Source of the DNA: a virus
Lineage: Duplodnaviria; Caudoviricetes
Reading direction: 5' to 3' (one strand)
Length of the DNA stretch: 31,097 nt
Virus record (IMG/VR): IMGVR_UViG_3300030372_001056
Coordinates: 1 to 31,097 of that record
The first letter of the stretch is position 1. Every line of letters starts with the position of its first letter. The notes below the pieces were generated by a model. The model had not been told where the DNA came from and ran no database searches. It saw only the letters and a list, made by a program, of their open reading frames with translations. A program made the translations under genes and the position numbers. Of this stretch, positions 20,078-26,720 are shown one piece after another.

Positions 20078-20400
20078 TGCCGGGCGCAGCATTACGAGGA
20101 TTGGGTAGAGCTTACATGGCTAGCGGTGGTAAGACACCAGCATGGCAACGTAAGGAAGGTAAATCTGAATCAGGTGGTTTAAATAAAAAAGGTGTTGCAT
20201 CTTACAGAGCAGCCAACCCAGGATCTAAACTTAAAACAGCTGTAACAACTAAACCATCTAAATTAAAAAAAGGATCTAAAGCTGCCAAAAGACGTAAGTC
20301 ATTCTGCGCGAGGATGAAAGGAATGCGTAAAAGACAAAAAGCTAGTAACAACACAGGTCAAGATAGATTGTCTAAATCATTAAGAAAGTGGAATTGTTAA
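20077..20400 (+). CDS. Highly basic small protein (DUF6321-like)
   Basis: GGLNKKG..YRAANPGSKLK...RRKSFCARM...LRKWNC pattern, recurrent in aquatic phages. Confidence 0.65.
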   Translation: MPGAALRGLGRAYMASGGKTPAWQRKEGKSESGGLNKKGVASYRAANPGSKLKTAVTTKPSKLKKGSKAAKRRKSFCARMKGMRKRQKASNNTGQDRLSKSLRKWNC

Positions 20401-20652
20401 ATGATGGAAAAAATTTTAACTATGTTGGTTGGACTCTTAATTGCATTAGGAGGATGGTCGCTATCTAGAACATTTGAACTCTCTACAAGTCAAGCTGTGT
20501 TGGAAGACAAAGTTGAAAGACTAGAGTTTGAAATAAGAACAATGGATGATAAGATGGACGAAATGTTTGACATGGATGAAGAGATCATGGACCAACATAA
20601 AAAACTTTTTGAACAATTAGGACAAGGCAACACAGGATATAATTATAACTAA
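20401..20652 (+). CDS. N-terminal TM plus acidic coiled-coil protein
   Basis: ILTMLVGLLIALGGW hydrophobic segment followed by a heptad pattern. Confidence 0.65.
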   Translation: MMEKILTMLVGLLIALGGWSLSRTFELSTSQAVLEDKVERLEFEIRTMDDKMDEMFDMDEEIMDQHKKLFEQLGQGNTGYNYN

Positions 20653-21065
20653 TGGCACTTAAAATTTCAGAAGAAGCAGCCGTGCAAATGCCGATGAAGA
20701 CGGTAGCCTCGTTGATCTGTATGGTCGCAATTGGCACCTGGGCTTACTTCGGCATCATTGAGACGCAAAACAAAATTCAAACTACAGTAGAGTTAATGCA
20801 AAAAGATTTAGTAGAGAACACAGATTTTAGAATTAAATGGCCACGTGGACAACTAGGATCACTGCCCGCAGATTCCGAGCAATTTATGATGATAGAGGAT
20901 TTATACAAGACTACTGATAAGTTAAACACACATATAGAATCAATGGCTTTAAACAAGGTTAATATAGAATTTTTAAGAAAACAAATGGATAAAGTTTTAC
21001 AGGATATAGAAAAACTTAAAGATGCAAATAGAGAAATGAAATACACTAACGGGAGCACACATTGA
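20652..21065 (+). CDS. TM plus coiled-coil membrane protein
   Basis: VASLICMVAIGTWAYFGII hydrophobic segment; C-terminal coiled coil. Confidence 0.7.
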   Translation: MALKISEEAAVQMPMKTVASLICMVAIGTWAYFGIIETQNKIQTTVELMQKDLVENTDFRIKWPRGQLGSLPADSEQFMMIEDLYKTTDKLNTHIESMALNKVNIEFLRKQMDKVLQDIEKLKDANREMKYTNGSTH

Positions 21066-21277
21066 CAGAGGTTGTAGTGGCCCTACTTATGTTCTACGGG
21101 GCAGAAATTAAGGAACACAGAATACAGTTAGAAGGCATGGCTCAATGTTTACGCGGTAAACGTCACGCGGAGAGACAATATACGCCAAATGTCACATATA
21201 AATGCATTAAGACTAAGGCAGAGTTAGAGAAAAATATTGATGGCTCTATAACCATTAAAAAGATAATCCTTGAATAA
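21062..21277 (+). CDS. Small putative secreted protein with two Cys
   Basis: TTG start overlapping the upstream stop (TTGA); hydrophobic N-terminus VVVALLMF. Confidence 0.6.
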   Translation: MTEVVVALLMFYGAEIKEHRIQLEGMAQCLRGKRHAERQYTPNVTYKCIKTKAELEKNIDGSITIKKIILE

Positions 21278-21446
21278 ACAACATTACGCATTTTTTCTTA
21301 AGAAAAATAGACCTAGAAATAAAGTAGCACAAGAATTAAGTGATGGACGTTATAAACAGCGTGTGGTAAAGTCTAAGAAAGTATATGAACGATCAAAGAA
21401 TAAAATTTCAAGCAGAGATTGTGAATGGGATATGTCCGACGTGTGA
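21270..21446 (+). CDS. 58-aa basic protein resembling ArfA (alternative ribosome-rescue factor A); not in ORF track
   Basis: TTG-started ORF fills the 21277-21385 gap: (M)NKQHYAFFLKKNRPRNKVAQELSDGRYKQRVVKSKKVYERSKNKISSRDCEWDMSDV*; the core aligns by eye with the ArfA core. Confidence 0.5.
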   Translation: MNKQHYAFFLKKNRPRNKVAQELSDGRYKQRVVKSKKVYERSKNKISSRDCEWDMSDV

Positions 21447-21600
21447 TGAACTTACAATGTTAGTAGGTGTTACTCGTTCATTCTATCGATGTATGTCATG
21501 CGGAAGTGATCTACATCAACATATTAATGGTAAGATAAGTTATCTACCAGCTTTGAATCCTCCAGCAGGGACAAAGCCTTATGTTAAAGAGTGGGTGTAA
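21385..21600 (+). CDS. Zinc-ribbon protein
   Basis: CPTC-x13-CMSC. Confidence 0.7.
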   Translation: MNDQRIKFQAEIVNGICPTCDELTMLVGVTRSFYRCMSCGSDLHQHINGKISYLPALNPPAGTKPYVKEWV

Positions 21601-21728
21601 TGGCTAAAAAATCTCAATTTGGAGTCAATTTATACCATAAAGAAAAACCTCGTAAACGTCCTGGTCGCCATAAAAAAAATAGAAATAAACAGGAAAAAAG
21701 ACAACAAAAAAGAAGAAGAAAAGGTTGA
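21600..21728 (+). CDS. 42-aa extremely basic microprotein (not in ORF track)
   Basis: MAKKSQFGVNLYHKEKPRKRPGRHKKNRNKQEKRQQKRRRKG*; start coupled to the upstream TAA (TAATG). Confidence 0.65.
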   Translation: MAKKSQFGVNLYHKEKPRKRPGRHKKNRNKQEKRQQKRRRKG

Positions 21729-21753
21729 CAATAATCCCTAGATATCCTATATA
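21725..21753 (+). promoter_or_regulatory. sigma70-type promoter, probably for a leaderless mRNA
   Basis: TTGACA (21725-21730), 17-bp spacer, TATATA (21748-21753); ATG at 21760. Confidence 0.7.
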
Positions 21754-21759
21754 GAAAGA

Positions 21760-21960
21760 ATGAAAGTAAATAAAGATAGAAACTTACAAATAGATATTAA
21801 AAATATCACACCTAAACAATGGACTAATTTATTAATTGAATTAAATTTAGTTTGTGAAGCGTGGAAACCTTACGGTCCTTTGATGAAAATAAAAGCATAC
21901 AATGCAGATCGTATTATTAAATGGGGGAAAAAGAAACATGGCGACACCGAAAGAGATTGA
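21760..21960 (+). CDS. Hypothetical protein
   Basis: 66-aa ORF directly after a promoter. Confidence 0.6.
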   Translation: MKVNKDRNLQIDIKNITPKQWTNLLIELNLVCEAWKPYGPLMKIKAYNADRIIKWGKKKHGDTERD

Positions 21961-22123
21961 TAGATTAGCTAATCTTTGGCACAAAACTAAAGATCCTAAA
22001 TATAAAGACCTATGGTATAAATATATAAAGGAGTGGGCTCATGGATATGATAATATTAACAGACGGGATGTATCATCTGGTGCCAGTGACAAAAGAGATG
22101 CTGGAATCTATAAAGTTATTTGA
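21938..22123 (+). CDS. Hypothetical protein
   Basis: ATG 21938 after GGGGG/AAG; MATPKEIDRLANLWHKTKDPKYKDLWYK... Confidence 0.55.
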   Translation: MATPKEIDRLANLWHKTKDPKYKDLWYKYIKEWAHGYDNINRRDVSSGASDKRDAGIYKVI

Positions 22124-22253
22124 TGATACAGTCATGTATGCTGATTTGTGTGAGATATTAAGAATTAAATTAAGTACATATTACGATTATCCAATGAATC
22201 GTCATGTCATGAATGATGGTAGTGGAGATTTTTTTGGGTGTATATGGAAATAA
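22041..22253 (+). CDS. Hypothetical protein
   Basis: AAGGAG RBS at about 22027-22032; 70 aa. Confidence 0.6.
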   Translation: MDMIILTDGMYHLVPVTKEMLESIKLFDDTVMYADLCEILRIKLSTYYDYPMNRHVMNDGSGDFFGCIWK

Positions 22254-22259
22254 AAAAGA

Positions 22260-22490
22260 AACATGGCGGAGCTCAACACGAGTCCATGTTAATAAAATAT
22301 TATGCCGACCAATGGTGTAGAGATAATGGCTACCCATTGCAAGAGCGAAAACGAACATATAAGACCGTTAGTAGGCGTCCAAGTTCTGCAGTATTGCGTT
22401 CCACTGTACGTCAGCGATGATGGGGAAACCTTAGCAACGAAAGCGGCGCCAGCTACGTTAGTACGTGCACGGAAAGCGTAGGGGCCGAAT
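22260..22490 (+). ncRNA. Putative structured RNA or 5' leader
   Basis: GC-enriched intergenic stretch with several stems (AACATGG/CCATGTT, CAATGG/CCATTG, GG-GAAA-CC, CGGC..CTACG/CGTAG..GCCG); ends just before an AGGAGG RBS. Confidence 0.45.
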
Positions 22491-22509
22491 GAATTATGAA
22501 AGGAGGACA

Positions 22510-22680
22510 ATGACTGATCAAACTAGATGGGGTATAGACCTTGTGCAACAGAAAAATAAACACAGAGCATTTAAAGAACAACAAGAAATGCGAGAAGAAA
22601 TAAAAAAATTTATATCTGATTGCAGTGTATTTCACATGCATAAAATGTATGATGAAATGAAAAGATTAGAAAAGAATTAA
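22510..22680 (+). CDS. Hypothetical protein (56 aa)
   Basis: AGGAGG at 22501-22506, ATG 22510 (MTDQTRWGIDLV...). Confidence 0.7.
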   Translation: MTDQTRWGIDLVQQKNKHRAFKEQQEMREEIKKFISDCSVFHMHKMYDEMKRLEKN

Positions 22681-22682
22681 CA

Positions 22683-22714
22683 AACCTATCACAAGAGGGA
22701 TAGAGTGATAGGTT
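22683..22714. terminator. Hairpin between convergent genes
   Basis: Perfect 10-bp stem AACCTATCAC/GTGATAGGTT with a 12-nt loop. Confidence 0.6.
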
Positions 22715-22758
22715 ATTGTGGTGAGATAATCAGCTCTAACACAATCCTATCACATTTG

Positions 22759-22971
22759 TCAAGTTTCTTGAAGCCCGGCACAACTAAACGTAATAGAAAT
22801 TCTATGTTTGTTAACTTCCTCTGGTCCTATCTCTTTAAGTTTTCTAGCAGCTTCTTCATAGCCTGCAATACTACAATCATAACCACTATCAAATTTAACT
22901 GGCCATTCATAAGGGGGTAAACAATTACCACTTACATAGCTACACATACTTAATAATAATATAAATTTCAT
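22759..22971 (-). CDS. Small secreted Cys-rich protein
   Basis: MKFILLLSMC signal-like start; four Cys; lone minus-strand gene in a plus-strand region. Confidence 0.65.
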   Translation of the reverse strand: MKFILLLSMCSYVSGNCLPPYEWPVKFDSGYDCSIAGYEEAARKLKEIGPEEVNKHRISITFSCAGLQET

Positions 22972-22972
22972 C

Positions 22973-23002
22973 TTGACAATTCCTTACTCAATCCTATATA
23001 AT
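22973..23002 (+). promoter_or_regulatory. sigma70-type promoter
   Basis: TTGACA (22973-22978), 18-bp spacer, TATAAT (22997-23002). Confidence 0.75.
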
Positions 23003-23027
23003 CATCAGAAATAAATGAAAGGAACAT

Positions 23028-23201
23028 ATGACCGATATAACTAAATATAGAAATGTTTCGTTAACACACGAAACATACAAGACTTTGATACAATTGTCGA
23101 AGGTATTATTGCCTGATGCAAAACTATCAATATCTAAAACAATCGAACAGATTGCAAATGAGAAAGCGAAGAAGTTAAATGGCAAAATTAAAAAAGACTG
23201 A
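23028..23201 (+). CDS. 57-aa ribbon-helix-helix-like DNA-binding protein (not in ORF track)
   Basis: GAAAGGA RBS; MTDITKYRNVSLTHETYKTLIQLSKVLLPDAKLSISKTIEQIANEKAKKLNGKIKKD*; beta strand (RNVSL), helix, turn, SISKTIE helix. Confidence 0.65.
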   Translation: MTDITKYRNVSLTHETYKTLIQLSKVLLPDAKLSISKTIEQIANEKAKKLNGKIKKD

Positions 23202-23394
23202 AGTTAGAATAATATATTGTCCTACCTGTAAAGGTAATGGGTATTTAAAAGTCGGCACTGAAACAGGTGAGTCTATCCATCAGTGCTGGGACTGTGACTC
23301 GGAAGGAGAATTTTATGTACATGAGCCCAAAACTATTGAGTCTGATAACACTCTTGATCTTTTTGCAGATGATGATGTTGTAAAGATACATTAG
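23179..23394 (+). CDS. DnaJ-type zinc-finger protein
   Basis: CPTCKGNG...CWDCDSEG (CxxCxGxG-type repeats). Confidence 0.75.
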   Translation: MAKLKKTEVRIIYCPTCKGNGYLKVGTETGESIHQCWDCDSEGEFYVHEPKTIESDNTLDLFADDDVVKIH

Positions 23395-23395
23395 T

Positions 23396-23827
23396 ATGAC
23401 TGAACATGATGTTGCATATTTAGCTGGGTTAATAGATGGCGAAGGTTCTATTTATTATAAACGAACCAAACAAAAGCGAAACACTAGACCTGGCAAACCA
23501 GTTCACAATGTTTGGGTTATAAGATTAGAGATAGCCATGACTGCTAAAGATACTGTAAAGTGGTGTCACGATACATTTAAAATAGGGTCCTTTGGTGAAC
23601 GTAAAGTTAAAGAAGGAAAGAAAAGACAATGGCGATGGCGAGTATCCCATAGAGATTGTCTAGAAATTTGTATAGCTGTCTGGCCTCATGTTAAAAATAA
23701 ATTACATAAAGTTGAACAAGTGATTGATCACTATGAACCTTATGCTAAAAACTTAGGTGATAATGTAATTGATTTAGAACTTGAAAGAGAAAATAGAAAG
23801 TTTGATTGGAACGTACATGGCAGTTGA
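23396..23827 (+). CDS. Single-motif LAGLIDADG endonuclease-like protein
   Basis: AYLAGLIDGEGSI at the N-terminus, followed by the typical beta-strand pattern (IRLEIAM, QWRWRV). Confidence 0.85.
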   Translation: MTEHDVAYLAGLIDGEGSIYYKRTKQKRNTRPGKPVHNVWVIRLEIAMTAKDTVKWCHDTFKIGSFGERKVKEGKKRQWRWRVSHRDCLEICIAVWPHVKNKLHKVEQVIDHYEPYAKNLGDNVIDLELERENRKFDWNVHGS

Positions 23828-24029
23828 TAAAAAAGGATTTAAATGGGATGGTCGATCAAGAGTCCCTACTAAGGAGTATAAAGAAAACTATGATAGAATC
23901 TTTAAACTTCCTACACTTAAACAAGATATAGTTAAGAGTGTTACGCAAACTAGTTTAAATAAAAAGTATGGAGATATTGTAGAGAATATAATACAGAGAA
24001 AATTAAGGGATAAAAAAAATGATGAGTGA
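23817..24029 (+). CDS. Hypothetical protein
   Basis: ATG 23817; WDGRSRVPTKEYKENYDRIF motif, common in small marine phage ORFs. Confidence 0.6.
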   Translation: MAVDKKGFKWDGRSRVPTKEYKENYDRIFKLPTLKQDIVKSVTQTSLNKKYGDIVENIIQRKLRDKKNDE

Positions 24030-24711
24030 AGAAGACATTAAAAACCACCACAAAATGGTCAAAGAATTAGAAAAGAAAGAGAAGGAACCAGAACAATTAC
24101 AAATTAGACTTTATAATTGGGGCCCTTGTGTAGTTCGATTTAAAATTAAAAAAAATTTTTTAGATGCTTTATTAAAAGAAGCTAAAGATTGTTATGGAGA
24201 TTTTAGTAAACAGTTAGCTGGTCAATTACACAAAGAACAGAGTTTTACTTCTGAGTCTAGAAATAAACTTGTGCCTTATCTCGCTCCTTACTTAGGTGCG
24301 TATGATGAAGTGTTCCAGAAATATCAGAATAAAATGTATGACAAGAAACCAGAGTATGTTATGTCAGCTATGTGGATCAATTATCAAAAACAATATGACT
24401 TCAACCCACCTCATGATCATGATGGTAAATTATCTTTTGTAATATATTTATCTATTCCGGATGAATTAAAAAAAGAGAATGAAACATATGCTGGTAATAG
24501 TTGTGGACCTGGAGGAATCCAGATTATGTATGGTGATGGACCTCGTGGGTGTATAAATAATTTATCTTATTTTCCAGAGGTAGGAGATATGTTTATATTT
24601 CCTGCATGGGTAAAACATTGGGTGAGTCCTTATAAATCTGATTGTGTCAGGGTTAGTGTGTCAGGTAATTTACACGATTCAGCTAAATTAAATAATATTT
24701 CTAAAAAATGA
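24019..24711 (+). CDS. Putative 2OG-Fe(II) oxygenase (TIGR02466-like)
   Basis: WINYQ...NPPHDH..LSFVIYL...GDMFIFPAWVKHWV...RVSVSGN double-stranded beta-helix motifs. Confidence 0.82.
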   Translation: MMSEEDIKNHHKMVKELEKKEKEPEQLQIRLYNWGPCVVRFKIKKNFLDALLKEAKDCYGDFSKQLAGQLHKEQSFTSESRNKLVPYLAPYLGAYDEVFQKYQNKMYDKKPEYVMSAMWINYQKQYDFNPPHDHDGKLSFVIYLSIPDELKKENETYAGNSCGPGGIQIMYGDGPRGCINNLSYFPEVGDMFIFPAWVKHWVSPYKSDCVRVSVSGNLHDSAKLNNISKK

Positions 24712-25445
24712 AAATAAATAATAAATACAAGTATATACAAGGAAAACAGATCACGGACCATGGAACTGGAAAGCGAGTTTATGACATAGATAATTCTAGA
24801 CTTCCATCTGTGACTACGATATTAGGAGCCACCAAAAATCAACAATTCTTAAAAGATTGGAAGGCCAAAGTTGGAGAAGAAAACGCAGAACGAATCAAGA
24901 ATCATAGTAGTAAGCGGGGGACTGCCATGCACAAATTCCTGGAATCTCATATTCAAGGAGTTGGCTACGATGATGTTACAAGCATCGGACAAGAGGCGAA
25001 GCCCATGGCCCAAAAAATTATTGAAGTTGGTCTTACACCAGTGGAAGAAATCTACGGTTCAGAGATCATGCTACATTATCCTGGGTTATATGCTGGCTCT
25101 ACTGACTTGGTATGTTTACACAATGATATGGAAACTATTGTAGACTTTAAGCAAGCCAACAGACCTAAGAAAGAAGAATGGATTGAAGATTATTATTTGC
25201 AAATAGCAGCGTACGCATTAGCACACGACTACACACACAAAAGTCAGATACGACAAGGTGTCATAATGGTATGCACTCCTGACCTATATTATCAAGAATT
25301 TAAAATGCAGGACGCAGATTTAAGAAAGTGGAAGCATAAATGGTTAAAAAGATTAGATATGTATCACGAGATACAATTTGATGAGAAAGAAAAAGCAAAC
25401 GTAAATATGAAAGAGGAGGACTTTAATGAACCAAAGACTACGTAA
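24708..25445 (+). CDS. PD-(D/E)XK exonuclease (phage exonuclease, MGME1/Cas4-like fold)
   Basis: LPSVTTIL, RGTAMH, YAGSTDL, IVDFK and YYLQIAAYA motifs. Confidence 0.88.
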   Translation: MKINNKYKYIQGKQITDHGTGKRVYDIDNSRLPSVTTILGATKNQQFLKDWKAKVGEENAERIKNHSSKRGTAMHKFLESHIQGVGYDDVTSIGQEAKPMAQKIIEVGLTPVEEIYGSEIMLHYPGLYAGSTDLVCLHNDMETIVDFKQANRPKKEEWIEDYYLQIAAYALAHDYTHKSQIRQGVIMVCTPDLYYQEFKMQDADLRKWKHKWLKRLDMYHEIQFDEKEKANVNMKEEDFNEPKTT

Positions 25446-25653
25446 TACACTAGAAGCTAGATACCAAGCAGAGATAGAAGACGCTAAGTACAAGATAAAA
25501 TGCTACAGTGAACAAGAAGTTATTATTCCCGAACATCCGGATATTACAGGTGAAGTGGATAAATTACTTGACAAACTATCGCAGGCTGAGGAAAAGATGG
25601 CAGTAATGGAGCTACATTATGGCAAAATTAAGGCAGATAGGCAGATTCTGTAG
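25426..25653 (+). CDS. Conserved phage hypothetical protein
   Basis: GAGGAGG RBS; helical hairpin with EHPDI motif. Confidence 0.7.
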   Translation: MNQRLRNTLEARYQAEIEDAKYKIKCYSEQEVIIPEHPDITGEVDKLLDKLSQAEEKMAVMELHYGKIKADRQIL

Positions 25654-25659
25654 CTAGAC

Positions 25660-25840
25660 TGACAGTATAGAGATGTCACAGATAATTTTTATTTTTTAAA
25701 AAAAAAAATAAAGCTAAAAAAACTGTCTTTTTGTCATTTTGAGCTATTAGTGTTGGTATACAACAATAATACGTGACAAAAAGTATGACAAAAAATATTT
25801 TTATGACAAAAAATATTGTCAGTTGTACACTTCTGTCACA
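25660..25840. repeat. AT-rich non-coding region with TGACA/TGTCA repeats (candidate replication origin or packaging site)
   Basis: Eight TGACA/TGTCA pentamers, a 16-bp direct repeat TATGACAAAAAATATT (25784-25799, 25802-25817) and long A/T tracts. Confidence 0.55.
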
Positions 25841-25908
25841 GGTGCTCTATCCCGGTGAGAAAAACTTTTTTGGTTTTTGGTTTCCTAAATATCTGGTATA
25901 TCTCTTAT

Positions 25909-26196
25909 ATGCCTAGAAAAAGAAGAAAAGTATCGTTAACTGATAAGTCCGCCGATATACCTTTTCCTAAAGTTAGAGTGGAGTGGATTGATTGTGTCAG
26001 TGACTCTGGCTGGGCTACTGAGAAAGAATTTAATAAAATGAAATTGGCCACACCAGTTAATGAAGGTTGGTTATATTCTAAGGATAAAGACTCTGTAAAA
26101 CTTTTTGCTTCTTATGATAAAGACGATGATGGTATTACTTTTGGGGATCGGACGATGATTCCACGTCAGTGGGTTCGGAAGATTCAGAAACTATAG
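25909..26196 (+). CDS. Conserved small beta-rich phage protein
   Basis: Probable start ATG 25909 (MPRKRRK...); VRVEWID...SGW...GWL...IPRQWV pattern; 3' end overlaps the convergent terminase gene. Confidence 0.7.
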   Translation: MPRKRRKVSLTDKSADIPFPKVRVEWIDCVSDSGWATEKEFNKMKLATPVNEGWLYSKDKDSVKLFASYDKDDDGITFGDRTMIPRQWVRKIQKL

Positions 26197-26680
26197 GTGC
26201 TTCAATTGCTTCACCTTCAACAGTCTTTGCATTTAGAAGAGGTGCGTAGTCGTCTAAAATTTGTTTCATTTTTGCTTCTAGCTCCTGTTCTGACATATCT
26301 TCTAGTTTCCCAGTTTTTATTATTTTTCTGTCTATGTATAGTCCTGCTGCCTTGCCTCGAGCTACTTCAGCATTTACAGCAGAAGAGAAACTTGACTTCT
26401 TAAGCGCTGCCTGTTTAATTCTATCTAACTCTGCAACATGTCTTTCATAAGTCACTTGATGTTTTTGTAGTCTTTCATCATGTAGTTTACCTACATAAGC
26501 CACAACAAGCGGTGATTGTCTTGGATTAGTTAATTCTGATCCTTCTTGCGCTGCTCTTTTAGGTGAGTAACCAGCTAGTATGGCTGCCTCAGTCTTTGAG
26601 ACTGGTCCATCAGGTCCACCAAATACTATAAATTCAGCAAACCTTTTTTGCATTTCTGTCAATCTTTTTGGTAATCCCAT
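26135..26680 (-). CDS. terS: Terminase small subunit
   Basis: LTEMQKRFAEF...KTEAAILAGYS...AAQEGSELT N-terminal HTH pattern; ATG 26680 preferred over TTG 26689, which lies inside the promoter. Confidence 0.78.
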   Translation of the reverse strand: MGLPKRLTEMQKRFAEFIVFGGPDGPVSKTEAAILAGYSPKRAAQEGSELTNPRQSPLVVAYVGKLHDERLQKHQVTYERHVAELDRIKQAALKKSSFSSAVNAEVARGKAAGLYIDRKIIKTGKLEDMSEQELEAKMKQILDDYAPLLNAKTVEGEAIEAPIVSESSEPTDVESSSDPQK

Positions 26681-26682
26681 AA

Positions 26683-26716
26683 TTGACAATTTAAGGTAAG
26701 TGTCCTATATTGTCAA
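26683..26716. promoter_or_regulatory. Symmetric bidirectional sigma70-type promoter
   Basis: Plus strand TTGACA-17-TATATT; minus strand TTGACA-17-TAAATT; same 34-bp geometry as 10712-10745. Confidence 0.8.
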
Positions 26717-26720
26717 GTGT

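Noticed and set aside
11599-21058. Antisense or out-of-frame ORFs within replication and membrane genes
   Set aside because: They overlap well-supported genes almost entirely and have no motifs or translation signals.
22412-22447. Hammerhead ribozyme-like CGATGA...CGAAA
   Set aside because: The core needs CUGANGA; here it is GCGAUGA, and stems I and III could not be built convincingly.
22170-22641. ORFs 22170-22358, 22238-22420, 22289-22510 and 22453-22641
   Set aside because: Mutually overlapping, atypical composition; better explained by a GC-rich structured RNA with few stop codons.
22994-23185. Minus-strand 63-aa ORF
   Set aside because: It is the antisense shadow of the unlisted plus-strand RHH-like gene, which has a promoter and RBS.
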